From assembly GCA_051362555.1 (NCBI GenBank), contig CM120647.1:9672001-9736000 (forward strand): a DNA stretch of 64,000 nucleotides, read 5' to 3'. Both the position numbers and the translations under genes were made by a program. The number at the start of each line of letters is the position of its first letter. Position 1 is the stretch's first letter. Of the stretch, positions 25,426 to 38,877 are shown piece by piece. Source of the stretch: Lingula anatina (lineage: Eukaryota; Animalia; Brachiopoda). A model generated the notes under the pieces. That model worked only from the letters and a program-made list of their open reading frames with translations, had not been told where the DNA came from and did not search any database.

Positions 25426-26744
25426 TCTTTACTCAGATTGTTTAGTTTCTTTCTCAATCTGTCTCTCTCTCTCTTTAACTCAGATTGTTTGATTTCTTAT
25501 TTTAAAATAATATTTTTCATCTTAATTTAACACTATTCATTATATACCTTTACTTCAGTCAAAATATCTGAATATTTTACATTTTTTTTTCTGATATTGA
25601 CTATTACTGTCTCGACACGTCTCCAACGTTAATATGCATCCAGGAAATTACATGTCCTGTTTGATTTGCATAAATAATTAGACAGTTATGTAAGAATTAA
25701 TTTGACAAACAAAACCTAATATCAAATATCTTTAAAGAGGCAGTGAATTCTTATTGTGACTTTTAAGTATAAAAGACTTAATCCCTTTGACATCTGGGAT
25801 TTGGATATCAATAACGCAAACTTGGAAGCCCAGACGTATATTTTGAAAGTTTGTACAAATGTTGCATTTTGATTACATTTTTAAATAGAATTTACAATGG
25901 CATTAGTTGTTTACCAAATCTCCTTGATATCTTTACAGAATTTTTAAAATTTTAATTTCACTTTATAAAAAAATTAAATAATTTATTCGAAATATCCTAA
26001 CATTGGTTAACTCTCCAAGCTTGTGATTCACTCGAACTCCCTCTGGGAAAAAATCTGTATAATCTGGACAAAAACCTGTATAATCTGAACACAAAGATTT
26101 TTTTGGGGAAATTAAGAACTGAATAAAATTCCTCTTTTTGGCATCATGATTTCCCCATGTATAACCAAGCTGCTGACTGATTTCCCTGTCTTACATTGAC
26201 TAAATACTTGGGAGCAATTACCCTGGATTTAAGGTGCAGATGAAAAGTGATGGCCAATTTAGGGTGACAGCGATGCCGTCATTTACAATTCTAAACAACA
26301 TTTAATTCAGCAGAGACGAAAGTCGCAAAGCATAGCAGTCTTGATATGTCTGAGTACACTTCGTAAGCTGGAATAATAAGTCTGTGTAGACACTGAGTCA
26401 GGGCAGAAGTTTTTGACGTGGCTTTGTAACTCTTGTGCAATGTTTAAATGAAATCAAGGATTGAAGTTGGATTTGAGCATATTTATTCTATGATTTTCTG
26501 AAAGTTTTTTTTGTAATGAAATAAAAAAAAAGTCATGATTGCAATCTTGATGTATGTCTGCTAAATTTCTGTGATGGAGATGTGCTGTGGATCAGTGAAC
26601 TCCGGGTGGGACTTTTTCAGAATATGTCAAACTTTGATTTTTAAGGGACACATGCACATGCACACAGATTTTCCAATCCCTTATCAGAAAAAGATGCACA
26701 TATGGTATGTGCATGCACATGTTTGCGTATTTGTACAGATGTAT

Positions 26745-26812
26745 GTGTGTGTGTGTGTGTGTGTGCATCCACAAGCATATATATGCTTGTACTTCTGTGT
26801 ACACACACAGAC

Positions 26813-26860
<48 letters not shown>
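26745..26860. repeat. (TG)n followed by (CA)n microsatellites (self-complementary pair)
   Basis: direct reading. Confidence 0.9.
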
Positions 26861-26865
<5 letters not shown>

Positions 26866-28701
26866 CAGTATAGACTTGTGCCTGCCAACATATGTACAGT
26901 AGCCACTGATCCACACACTTATTGAGTTTTTTCTTCACTTCTGTTGTAAACAATTCTTTAACGTGAAGGATGGGGCTGTCATCATTGGTATTCAGTAAAT
27001 CCTCCCTATCGTAAAGATGAACTGGAGAAGTAATTAAACGATAACGGCCACGGTCGCCGCTACTCCCTCAAGGTGCCATTGTCATCTGAGCTTGAATGCC
27101 ATGTTGTGGCTGCGATGATGAATGGCTGTAGTGTTATTGGTCCATATCTGTGGTGTAGATTGAAGAAGTTTCTTTTGTTTTAAATGTAAAATGATAAAGC
27201 TTTGTTATCTCGCCTGAACACAGGTGTGTGGCGGAGGTGAGGGAGACCATAGGGGATAACGGGGAGGGGGGGAGGTAGGTGTGTATATTATTGGTTTATC
27301 AATTACCTAAGGGGTGGTTGATGCTAGGAACGTATTATGTATCAAGATCTTGGTAATACATTCTCTCTTTCTCTGTGTTTTTGTTTCTCTCTCTCTCTCT
27401 CTCTCTCTCAGATTTTTTGTGTACGTATGCAAGGTTTAATTTTGGTTGGAATAGCTGTTTGGTTTGCCAATAATATATTAGCCTGTGATCAAAAAATTTT
27501 AGGTGAATAATATTCTTGACTGGGACCAGAAAATCACATTTTTACCCAACTGAAAATATATGTTAATTATTTCATGCATTGCTTCACTACATTGTTGGCT
27601 GTACGTAATCACTTGTATTCTATACGCATTCCACTATCTATTCCCATTGCGGGAGGTCCTATACTTTTGTTAATAACAATAGAGCCAGTTTTAATATTGT
27701 CGTTCCTGCTGCTTAATAGAGAAGCATAATTATTCAACCATCCTTTTCAAATCAGTGAGCCATCATTACTTTACAATGCTTCATTGACATTTATTGTGGA
27801 AATTTTGGCCTTTTGACGAACGGCACATTTCACTGGTAAGGACAAAGGAATTTTCAGCAGATTTTTCCATGAATATTGTACGTAATATTATAACGAGAGG
27901 TGGTTAAAGATACAGAGTTGACATCAGTTTATGCCTCGGAATACATGATGGAAATCGGCCATTTGTCCAGTCAGATTTGAATGGCTATTCTTATGAAAAC
28001 TCACCAAGATAATCCATCAAGTTATATATCAATAAAAAATCCCTATACTACTATGTGTTTCATCAGACATAAATTTTACAAATTCATTACAGTGTTATAT
28101 GCATGGCAGAATAACTTTAGGCAGATTTTCAGCAAGCTAGTTCAGTATACTTCTAAGAGGTGCCAAAGAACGTTAATTGAATCTTTGCACCATAACTTTT
28201 ATACACCACACTGGCAGTAAAGGGAAACAATACAAGGTTGAAAATGTCATATTTTTATGAGTAAAAATCCTGTAAAGCTTTGACCTGGGGTATCTTTGCC
28301 AAATCAGACCTTAAAAATGATGAAGCCCCTCAAAATGACCTGAGGGACCTGATGTCATCATTTCCTTTTGAAATGTCACGAAGACTTATTTCAGTCTAAA
28401 TGAATCACAGTTATTTTAAAAACGAAGTTATTTAAATAGAAATTGGGCAAAACATCGGATCCCAGTGCAGTGCGGAACAAGCAATGTTTCAAGAGCAGGA
28501 AAAAACAGGTTGTATTAAATGTTTGTATGAAAATCTTGTGAAGAATACATGACTACCTTTGATAATACTACAGGACGGTGCTTCAAACTGTATGTAGATG
28601 AAAAATACTGATTTTCATTTCAGCTAGGGAAAATTATTTCATTTTGTCCAGGTACGTACATATCAAGTTTGTCAGGTTTATCTCCGAGCATTATTCAATG
28701 A

Positions 28702-28896
28702 ACACATATTCAAAACAAGTTGGTCCGCGGACTAACAGATCCAAGGATCAAATATGGCTGACCCACTTGAAAGCTTGCCCCATAATTCCCTGATGGACAC
28801 TGAATAGATTCCTGGTAGAGATTACCTGGCCTGTAAGCTTTCAATTGATCCGCAGATCTGTTGGTCCAAAGATCAACTTTGGTTGTGAATGCGGCC
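28702..28896. mobile_element. MITE family C, copy 2 (diverged)
   Basis: shares GATCAAATATGGC..CCCACTTGAA and (inverted) GACACTGAATAGATT with 2031-2223; ends GTTGTGAATGCGGCC. Confidence 0.65.
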
Positions 28897-30024
28897 AATA
28901 TAAATTTGCATGTTGCTGAGTCTTGGTTCAAAGCAATTATCGGGGAATGTCATGTATTATTTAAGTGGATAATTATGAAAAATCATTTTTGATATCATTT
29001 TATACTGCCCTGGTGATTATCTTTACAGGTTAACTTAGAACTGCTGTTGAAAATAAAAAAGGGGTGTGTTGTGCATAGGCTTCCATGTTGCATTAGATAT
29101 TTCAGAAAGAAGGGGGGGGATCTTTTTTTGAACAATTGGACTTTTAAATCCCTTAAGTAGATCAAGCCAGTTTGAGAAATGGCATAAAATCTAGATCAGA
29201 GTTTGATTTAGATTGGACTTTTTCCAGCCAAACTCGTGTGTCCACAGGATATATATATATGACTGCAGATGAAGATATCTTTTGGCTTGCAAGTACAAGT
29301 GCCTCAATAAAGCTTAAAAAACGTAAATAAATTATGCACAGTTGCACAGCATGAAAATGTGATTATTATAAGGATTTTTTCATTGTTATTTATAAGTGAA
29401 AATAGAATAAGGAACAGAAGAAAAAACTCTGAGAACGCAATGTTTTATTCCCAGTGTATTTATGCCTGCTTTTTTTGTAAAATTTGGCACTGATCGTCCG
29501 TATTTCAATTATTTTATCACTTCAGTGACGTAATGGAAACGAGAGCCATTAGTATACAATACAACGAAGTAATAAGGGAAAATGCTCCTCAGCTTTACCG
29601 CCCATGTTCTGTGTTTACCCAAGGCTGGAAGACATTGGGTGTTGATTTGAAATAATGTCTTGGGTTCTTTTTTCCCTTTGCATTTAGCACTGGCAGGAGG
29701 CAGAGATTTGTGTCAGTGGCAGGAAATTTACTAATGCAACATTTATAGAAAAAAAAACATTTTCTTCTTGGGTTAGGAATTGCAGGTTTTTGCTCAAGTT
29801 TTTTTCTTGATATTTTGATTTTGAATTGAAAGAACAAAAGACTCTCTGTGCACTCTGGAACTCCTACTGGCGCCGTGGTGTACAAACAAAGGGTTTATAT
29901 TTTTATTGGGTTAATTACCAAAAAACCTTCCTTGGAGAAGAGGGGATTTTCCCTGTATTTCTGAAGTTTACAGCTTTTATTGTGTTCTTCAAGCAGCCAT
30001 TTTAGGAAAACTTACAGATTGTAA

Positions 30025-30268
30025 GGCCACATTCAGATTCAAATGTCACACCAGCTGATTTTATCCTAATTTGCGGGGGATTCTCGTTAAATTGCATTCA
30101 ATAAAATCAGCTGAATTGTCTGACCCGCCTCCCTGGTTAGCTATTTAATTAGTTAATTACCCCCTAGCAACTCGAGGAGGCGTGTCAAACATTTAAGCCA
30201 ATTACAGTGATTGCACTTGGAATCTCCCACAGAGTTAGATCAATCTAGCTAGTATGATGGGTGTGCCC
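30025..30268. mobile_element. Old, diverged family A foldback copy abutting the hAT-like element
   Basis: GCTGAATTGTC, AATTACCCCCTA and ACATTTAAGC blocks match 47672-47914; left end uncertain. Confidence 0.5.
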
Positions 30269-30274
30269 TAAGAA

Positions 30275-31910
30275 CAGACATGCTGAAAACTTTTCAGAAC
30301 TGCCGGACATTCGGACCGGCAGTGATGAAAACTTTGCCGGACCGAATGGACTTTTGCCGGACCGAAAATGTCCATTCAATAATGGAAACGTTTTGTTTGC
30401 ATAGTAGTACACAGAAGTAACTCTTGTAAATACATATTCAGTAATACTATTAAATAATTTGGACATGTTGTAAATTAAAAAAAAAACAAAAACACACACT
30501 TGTGAAGCACTGCTTTATTGTTGTACTCATTTCACAAGTTCCAGGGTTCATACAGGCCTTAAGAAGAGCTTGATTTTGTTTCTTCCTTTGAAAGTCCTTG
30601 AATTTCACACTTAGGCCTTTGTCCTTTAATTCAATAGTGCACGTACGGCTTAAAGAAATTCATCATATATTTCACATCCCTGTCATAAATTAAGGTTAAT
30701 TATAAATTTTATCATGATCAATTTCTCAAAAAAATTAATATTGTTTCAAATTGAAATGAATTTGATAAAAAAATTAAATGAAAAAAACTCATTTCCACTG
30801 TTCAACAGTAGCAAAATTTGCTCTTGGTCAATTTCTCCCAGGGTGATTTCTCCTTTCCTTGAGAATAATTTGCAAATTTTGATGCTACACAAACAGTAAA
30901 GATTGTAGTCCGAATGGGAGTGCCAATGCATGAAACATGCTAGCCACTTCACTGTATCTGTCTCATCTGCATGGAAACGAACGGCTTCCTGGTCAGGACT
31001 CGACGATATCATAATCTAAAATAATAAAAATGTAGGCCTACATACTGATAATATGAAAACTGTAACTGGTACTGGTAACAGGTATCGCGTTTATGCTTAC
31101 GGGATATTTAAAATCTGTGAACCATTATGTTCATACACCACGGATCGAGTTTTTTTTCGGTAGGTTCGAGGAAGCGACCGAACTGTCAAACTTTTTTTTA
31201 CGTAAAACGTCGCAATGCGGAAGGTACTGCCGCGTATTAGCTGAATGCAAACGAAAGTACCCATTAGTTAAATATCGTTACAATCACCATTGATTACGCA
31301 TAATATTCAGTCCTATAATTCTGAAATCGTTTTTACTGAGTGAATCGGGTGACCTCATTTCCATGTAGGCTACTATCAACGCTTTTTTCTTCCTAAAAGA
31401 ACGAATAACGATGTATACGTACCTTCGAAGGTCAGGCGTCATTATCCTTGGTTCCTATATGAATAATTGTTCTTGAGAAAGGAGTCAGGCGTCCAAGTTA
31501 AGCAGTAAACATTTTTTCCTGCATGTTTACATGTGCTTGGCAGCGTGGACCGCCCTCGTGATAGCTGTCTGTGTGTCGCGGCCAATGTACCAATGACGGG
31601 GCGCGTAATTATCGAGAGCAGGGGGATTCCCCATTCGTTTGAGAGAGGGATAATACGATTGGCTAGCGTACTTTGTAAGTGACCGAAATGTGGTCATTTT
31701 TACGTGTCACTAGATTAGTAAATGGAAGAAAAAATGATGTGGATTTTATATAATTTTATTTCTGAAGCACATCGAACACTAACTGTTAATTCAAAATGGC
31801 GGCTCTTAAAACTCTTGTCGGTCCTTTGGACCGACAAAGTACAATATTTTAACGGTCCAGACAAATTTTGCCGGTCATGACCGATCGGACCGACAGTTTC
31901 AGCATGTCTG
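30275..31910. mobile_element. 1.64-kb non-autonomous hAT-like DNA transposon with 6-bp TSD
   Basis: perfect 14-bp TIR CAGACATGCTGAAA, TAAGAA on both flanks, clustered GGACCG/CGGTCC subterminal repeats; no recognisable transposase ORF. Confidence 0.88.
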
Positions 31911-32566
31911 TAAGAAAATGGAGCAATAGAATAGCTGATTCTGTGCTTTTTGGTATTAAAAATAATAATAAATCATTATGAATAATATATAGAAAAAATA
32001 GAAATAATAATAATAATAATCAGTAATTGCTATAAAATTTAGTATAATTAATGAGCAGAGACAGGTATATAGATATTGATAGGTTGAATATACTTTTGTC
32101 CTACAGATCAGCTGAGTCAGACTTAAACCACCACATTTTCAGTTCTTTTGAAAGCTTTATTTACTGAGAAATACCAGCTCTACACGTTTGTGCATATTCT
32201 AATTGTTTAGTATTTAAGACAGATTCCATTATTGTTAAAGCTATTGTTCTATTGTTGATAAAATGATATGCAGTAGATCTATGCTTTTGAATACTGCCAA
32301 TTTAAATACTGGTTACTTCGGTGGAACTTGTAGGCAAACCAAGTGTAACAATTCTTGTTTTGAAATTTTTATATAAAATGTGCTAAATTATTCAGACAAG
32401 GTACAGAAAATCAACCTGCTGCATGATGTAATTGTTAGTTTTGATTACGTGAGCATTTATGAAAATTGTTCAATTATTTAAGGCCCCCAAAATTATGAGA
32501 AGAGGCATGATTACAGTATGAAAGATTAACACAGTAGAATACGGAGCAAGAATTCTAAAGAATGTT

Positions 32567-32810
32567 GAGCACATTCAGAACAGATGAGCCGGGCTTTACA
32601 AATCCTGGGGACTAAATATGGCAGACGTACATGAAAGAAAAACCGCCTAATCTTTTAATAGTCTCTCTGCCTCTCACAGGCCTCCCCATGTGTCGTCCCA
32701 ATGGAGCCGAGATTTAATGACTGTACCCCCGCAGGGACGACGTGTGGGGAGGCGTGGATTTGTAAAGCCAGGATTTGTAAAGCCTGGCTCAACTCGTTGT
32801 GAATGCGATC
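32567..32810. mobile_element. MITE with family-C-like termini
   Basis: GAGCACATTCAGAAC...GTTGTGAATGCGATC termini; inner IR GGCTTTACAAATCC / GGATTTGTAAAGCC (x2). Confidence 0.7.
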
Positions 32811-33030
32811 TTACTGATAAGTAGACTAAATATGGCTGATACCACATACCCTCTCTCAACCCGAGATTTAAGTATTTGAGACAGGAAGTTATCTGACAGT
32901 GATGCAAATTTTCAAAGTCCCTTTTATCTTGGAGATATGGTTACCCCTACCGTCATCCTGGAGATTCGTTCTGTATCCGGGAGACTCCGGATTATCTTGG
33001 CAGAGATGACATGAATGCCCACTCCACCTA

Positions 33031-33230
33031 TGGATTAGCTGGAAACTCAGATCTGTTGCCAGCATACTCATCCTTGGCACTAGAAATGGCACAGGGGACT
33101 TTTTCTCTCCAGAAGGGTGACAAATGAATCTTGCACACACCTCCCCCATCTCCCCCCTGGACATGGACTTGCTGAAAACTCAGATATGTTGTCAATATAC
33201 TGATAGCCTGGGTTCTGGAAATGGCAGATG
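33031..33230. repeat. Degenerate ~133-bp-period duplication
   Basis: AAACTCAGAT.TGTTG.CA..ATACT...GAAATGGCA occurs twice. Confidence 0.6.
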
Positions 33231-33675
33231 CTGCTTGAAATTCAGGGTGTTCAGACAACAGTGACACAATATTACCATACCTGTCACTTTATGTAACAGT
33301 TTATTGACACACGATGAGTGACGTGTCAATGAAGTACCAGTAGATTGAAATAATGCCAGCATTTAAATGTACCATTGCGACATAGCTATACCGGTAAATT
33401 GTAAAATCATCATGAGTTTGATTGTAATAATGTCAAGTATGTATGGTGGCCATTTCAGATTTGATATATATATATATATATATTTTGTAGTATTGGATCC
33501 TTTCATCATATCCACAGCACTAAAAAGGGAAAAAAGAAACATTTTAAACTTCTTTTTAACAATCACGAAAAATATACCATTTGAAAGTTTTGTAAATTGA
33601 CTGTTTTCTTGTCAAAAACTGTGTTATTTTGAGTAGTTAAAGAATCGAGAATGGTAGAATAGTGTAGTATATAGA

Positions 33676-33849
33676 CAGGGGTGGATCCAGGATTATGTGA
33701 AGGGTGGGGCGGCGCAATTGCGAAGCCACCCCTTCTCCCGCTTTCGGTATTTTAGAGGGTGAACAATTCCATTTGGCACAGTTTAGAACTATGATTCAGC
33801 TAGACCATTAGTGTGAAATTTTTTCAGAAATAAAAAAAATCTGCCACTG
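33676..33849. mobile_element. hAT-like MITE (CAGGGGTGGATCCAGG family)
   Basis: CAGGGGTGGATCC...AATCTGCCACTG termini; the same left end recurs near 12497 and 22201. Confidence 0.55.
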
Positions 33850-34427
33850 ACAAGATATGTGATGCTTGGGAAATGTTTGAATAATTGCTATATACACATT
33901 TCAACATACCCAAGCCTTTGATATCGTCAGGTAGTGCATTTATTCATTAAACTCTTTAGCAGATAAAAAAAAGCTCAAAATGCGACTTCTGTAATTGATC
34001 AACTCGACATGATGCAACCATTCCTGGATAATTAGCATCTTATGCTAGTGCCAAAAAGATACAAATGTTTCAATTAGTGGGAAATGTTTTCGTTGACAGT
34101 TGGATGATGAGGCATATGTCGTATTGCTGACACTAATGTCTGTTAGGTGCGTCTTCGGTGATAGTTGAGTGTCTACTTAGAGCCAACATGATTTAGTCTG
34201 AAAACAAAACCTTTGTCCTCAGGACATAAGACTGATACAAAGTTTTTCAATTAATTTAATTTTCACACATTGGCTGCATCCCAATGGTTTTTTCTTTCTT
34301 TCTTTTTTTTTTTTTTTTTTTTTGTTTGTTTGTTTTTTTTTAATCCAGACTTACCTACTGAGATTTTCCTTTTGCTTGTCTCAGTATAAAACCTTAACCA
34401 TTGTTTAAAATTGACTGATTTTTCATT

Positions 34428-34459
<32 letters not shown>

Positions 34460-37400
34460 TGTAATAATAACAGTTATTATAATACGTATCTAGAATCTTA
34501 TGTCTGGCAAAAATGTTCACAAGGCTGCATAAAAAAATGCCTAAAGATAAAATAGATGATAAATAAGTTAGCAATAAAATATTAAGAAAATATCAAAGAT
34601 TAAAATTTATCACTAAACTTAAAACCATGCAGTTTAAGAGGTCTTCAGTTTCAGTTGCAAGCTGTTTTGCTCAGTGTGCAACTTTTAAAATGATGTATCC
34701 GTTTTCAGAGCAATTTTAAGTGATCTATGTGTTTTATAAGCAGCCATGTGAATCCGGAAGATGAACACAGGAGATAAAAGGTACTGGGACCTCCTTTGAA
34801 ATAATTATCAGCTTTGTTCCTGCAGGAACTATTTCAGACTGAAAATCAGCCTTAAATGTATCAGTGCACTGATAGATCTGAATAGATCTTTAGATCAGAG
34901 GTTTGTTATAATTTTTTATGTTCACATTCATTCTAATGTGTAGAACAGTCCACTGAAACAGAATTCTTAATTTGTCCAGAATTCTAGCCAAAAAAAATGG
35001 GCTCAGTAATATTCAAATAAAAAGACAATTACTGATTTTTTTTCGGTCAAATAAGACTAATTTCTTTTGGTCAAAAAGGTTTTGACTAGCTTTTGTCAAG
35101 ACTTCTTTGGTGTAATAGAGGCAAGATAGTCACTAGCCATATTTTGGGCCACCTAACAAATTTCTGTCAACTATAGGTTAACTGTTACAAACCCGTCTGA
35201 ACTCTCCGATGGAAAAGAAAGATTTATTATGAGAGGATGTCAAAGATGGTGTAATATCCTCCTAAGTGCTGTACTTACTGGTCCATTACTTCCATGTATT
35301 ACAGCAATTTGAAGCTGAAAAAGTGGAAAAAACATGGGATCAAAGGATAATGATGTAGTTTCTAAATTATGATTTTGTATTTTTTTTTAGTTGGATTCAT
35401 CTTTGATGTCTGTTTAGGATAATTCTTATGTGATTATCACTTTTTGATCTTAATTATTTTTTTTGGTTAAGTTTGACTCTGAAATGTGAAGAGTATAAAT
35501 CTTATTACTGAGTTATAGAATGTGATGTTGAAAATGGGTTTTCAGTAAAACAACATATAGGATGGCGATTAGGCAATTGTACTTACGTATGATTTTAATT
35601 GTTGTCATTTTTTTTTGTTTTGTTGATTTGACTTTGATTTTTAAAGATAATAACTGTTAGTGATGTTTATGAAATAATTGAGCTATGGCGGGTGGGTGGG
35701 GAGGGGGGGGAGAGATTTGAGAGAGGAGGAATTAGAAAGATCCACCCTTTAGGCTGAAAAAGGTCTGCTGTGAACTAAAATGTGATCTAAGCTTTACACC
35801 AACTCTCTAGTCGGTCAACAGTGGGTCAACGTTTTCAGAAAAAGGAACATCCTTACAAGAAATTACAGGATCTCCAGACCAGAGTGACTTATGGTGAAGT
35901 TTTTAGCAAAAACAACATCACCAACATGCCCATAACAACAGACTAATGTCCACTTGTCCGGAGATCTTCTCCGACCCGTAGCCCCATGATAGCGGTCAGC
36001 AGCAGCTGATAAACTATACGTATTTAATCTAAGTGAGACAGTTATGGGACTGACCGTGGATAATGCCTCAGTAATTGCCTCTGAGTCGCGTCTTTGCCAG
36101 TATATCATGTCGGCTTTGATCTTGAGATAGATTTACAGTGATGGGGGGTGGAGGAAAATTGTTTGTGATGTTTAATGAGGCCTGAGCTTTTATTTTTTTC
36201 GATAATTAAAAGGATAACAACTGTTCTTTTTGGCCAAAAAATGAATTTTCCTTGGATAAACAACAATTTTCCCCTACTAACCATTTGTTGATGAATCCAT
36301 TTCGACATTCAAAGTTAGTCCCTTTTTTTCTAGAAAGTTCTTTTTTAAAATAATCTCTTAAGAGATTATTACAGAGTATAGTCATCTGTGGACCAGAGGG
36401 CACATGGTCTGATGACAAGCAAAGATTTCAGAATAATTGCTATTACTGATATTTTTGTGATAAAATAGAATATGTTATGTGTCTATGAGTTGTTTACAAT
36501 GTATTTATTGTGAAATATGCATCTCATAACAAGAGTTGTTATCCCTTTAATTTACTTAGTGTAGCCTAATTAATAAACAGTGTTTTTAAAAACTGATATG
36601 TTGACTGGGTGAAATAAAAGTAAATGATAAAAAATTATGCTTTTGAAAAAAAAAATGAATATCATTTGCATCTAATGACAAATGATGGTGATTATCACCC
36701 ATATTGAAAAGTTTAAATAAAAAAGTAAGCACTTTTGTGTATGAGATTTAGAATTTTTTTTTTTAATCTGTAACTTAAAGCTGAAAAATATGACTTGAAT
36801 ATGTTGATTCAAAAGAGAATCCTCCTGTCCTTAATTTGCCTAATTCAAATTTTAAATCATTTCCAAAAATAAAACTGTTTTCAAACACAAAATAACTACT
36901 AACTGTGACCTTCAGAACAACTTCCCAATCTTATCAACAATTTAATGAAGTTATATTAATTCTGAAACTTATTAAAAATACATCTACATTTCATTTATCC
37001 CAGAACATTGCAAGAACAGTACAAGCATATATTCAGTGACAAAATGGACTAGTTTTGTAACTTTATGGTAATGGCTATCTCATGGTCATTACAGGTCATT
37101 AAGGCTGTGACAAAGATTGTTCCAACATAAAAAATTTACAATAAAAATTTCACGCCAGCGTGTGAAATCCACACCAACATAAGATATTCATGTCAGTGTA
37201 AAATGAGCATAACTGCCTTGTTAACATGTGTTAGTTCACAAGATACACACGACCACAGGGAAAATAGAGGAAAAAAGGAACCTAACTTTAAAAAAAATTA
37301 CTGATATATGTATATATTAGAATATTCAAAACAGCAAAGAACATTCTTTAAACCTCCTATAAAAGTACTTTTAAGTTTAAAAACGGAACACTTCAAAATT

Positions 37401-37808
37401 GATTAAATAAATAAATAAAATAATTAATTAAGAAAAAATAAAATAAGTTAGTGGATAGAATAAAATAGAATAGAGATATCTAAAAACCCTGTTTATGAGT
37501 ACTTAAACGGAACACTTCAGTTATTGCAAAATCAAATTAAGAGCTTTTGCTTGGGAACGTAAACGTCATGTTAATATGTGCCAAGCAAGAAACTAATTCC
37601 ACCAAAGCATACATTTCAAACAGATCTTCAGGTAGCAGTTCTACCTCAGTCACATATGAACCGTATCCAAGTCATTGCTCTCCCCTTGTAGTTAATGTCA
37701 GTACTCCTGTTTATGGAGTTGTTTACGAGTTGCTTTGATTCCTGTGGTCACATTGTGTGATGCTAGTACATGTAGCGCGTTGGTGGGCTAGGCCAGTCGG
37801 TGCTTCCA

Positions 37809-38062
37809 ACTCCTGCAAAAATTTGTCTCATTTTAACACTCACGGTTCTCAATTCTGCCCTAGAACATAATGTTTTTCTCTTTTAATGAAGAATGTTCTT
37901 TATCTGTTCTAGGACATTCTGAAGGACTTCCCAAATACAGTTCTCAGACTGTTACATTCATTACAGAACAACATTAAATCTGTAAAAAAAAAATACACTA
38001 AATGTTCTAGAATAGATTGAGAACCGTAAGTGAACGTTAAATAAGACAAATTTTCGCAGGGG
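37809..38062. mobile_element. Foldback MITE
   Basis: ~55-bp imperfect TIRs CCTGCAAAAATTTGTCT...CACGGTTCTCAAT...CTAGAACAT. Confidence 0.7.
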
Positions 38063-38423
38063 AACTCACCCTAACATGAAAAAGCAATCTTCTCATATTT
38101 TGTCTGTGGTACTTAGTCTTTTTTTTTTTTTTCATCATTTGTTAAGCAATTAGTCAATGGTATTTGGGAACCTTAATTGCTGCCAAGCCCAGGTATGACA
38201 CTACTGTAGTACATGCAATCAAACTAGCGCAAATCACATGGGGATGATTGCGGAGAGAGACGTGTTTGATCTCCAGAGATGATACTATTATTACATACTA
38301 GTACATATGTGATAAGGTTTATTTGGGTGCAAAGCTGAGGACTGTGGAAGTATTTTTTTATTCACATGTACTCGAATGAAGTCAAAAGTAACAGAAGTGT
38401 TGGCATTCATTAGGTGTGTTGTA

Positions 38424-38877
38424 CTGAGTTCTTTAATATACCACCGGGTATAAAATTACTTCTAAGGGCTCTAACGCAAACGTGAAGTGGCGTGTTCAGA
38501 CCAGTATATTTTAAATTTCCTTTGATCAGAGTCGCGGGCATGTGCACGCGGCTCAATTAGTTTATAGTATAATTACTCTTATCTTTAGACGCTCTTTCCC
38601 TCTACCCTATCGCAGTAATCACTCTTATCTTTAAACGCTCTTCTTATCTTTAAACTCGTAAACATTAAAGGTCTGGCACGCCGGTTTTAAGTATAAAGAA
38701 GGCTACGAAGCCAAATAAAATTCAGTTTGTGATTTTGTAACGAAACAGTGGTGTTGCGTTGCTATTCTCTCTGAGCATAACTCAAGTCGGGAATCGTGTA
38801 CCGAACCTTGGAACTTCACGTTTGCGTTAGAGCCCTTAGAAGTAATTTTATACCCGGTGGTATATTAAAGAACTCAG
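38424..38877. mobile_element. 454-bp non-autonomous DNA transposon with perfect 65-bp TIRs, TA (or GTAC) target
   Basis: 38424-38488 is the exact reverse complement of 38813-38877. Confidence 0.92.

Noticed and set aside
30746-31293. ORFs inside the hAT-like element as a transposase
   Set aside because: Short, with no recognisable BED finger, DDE or dimerisation motifs
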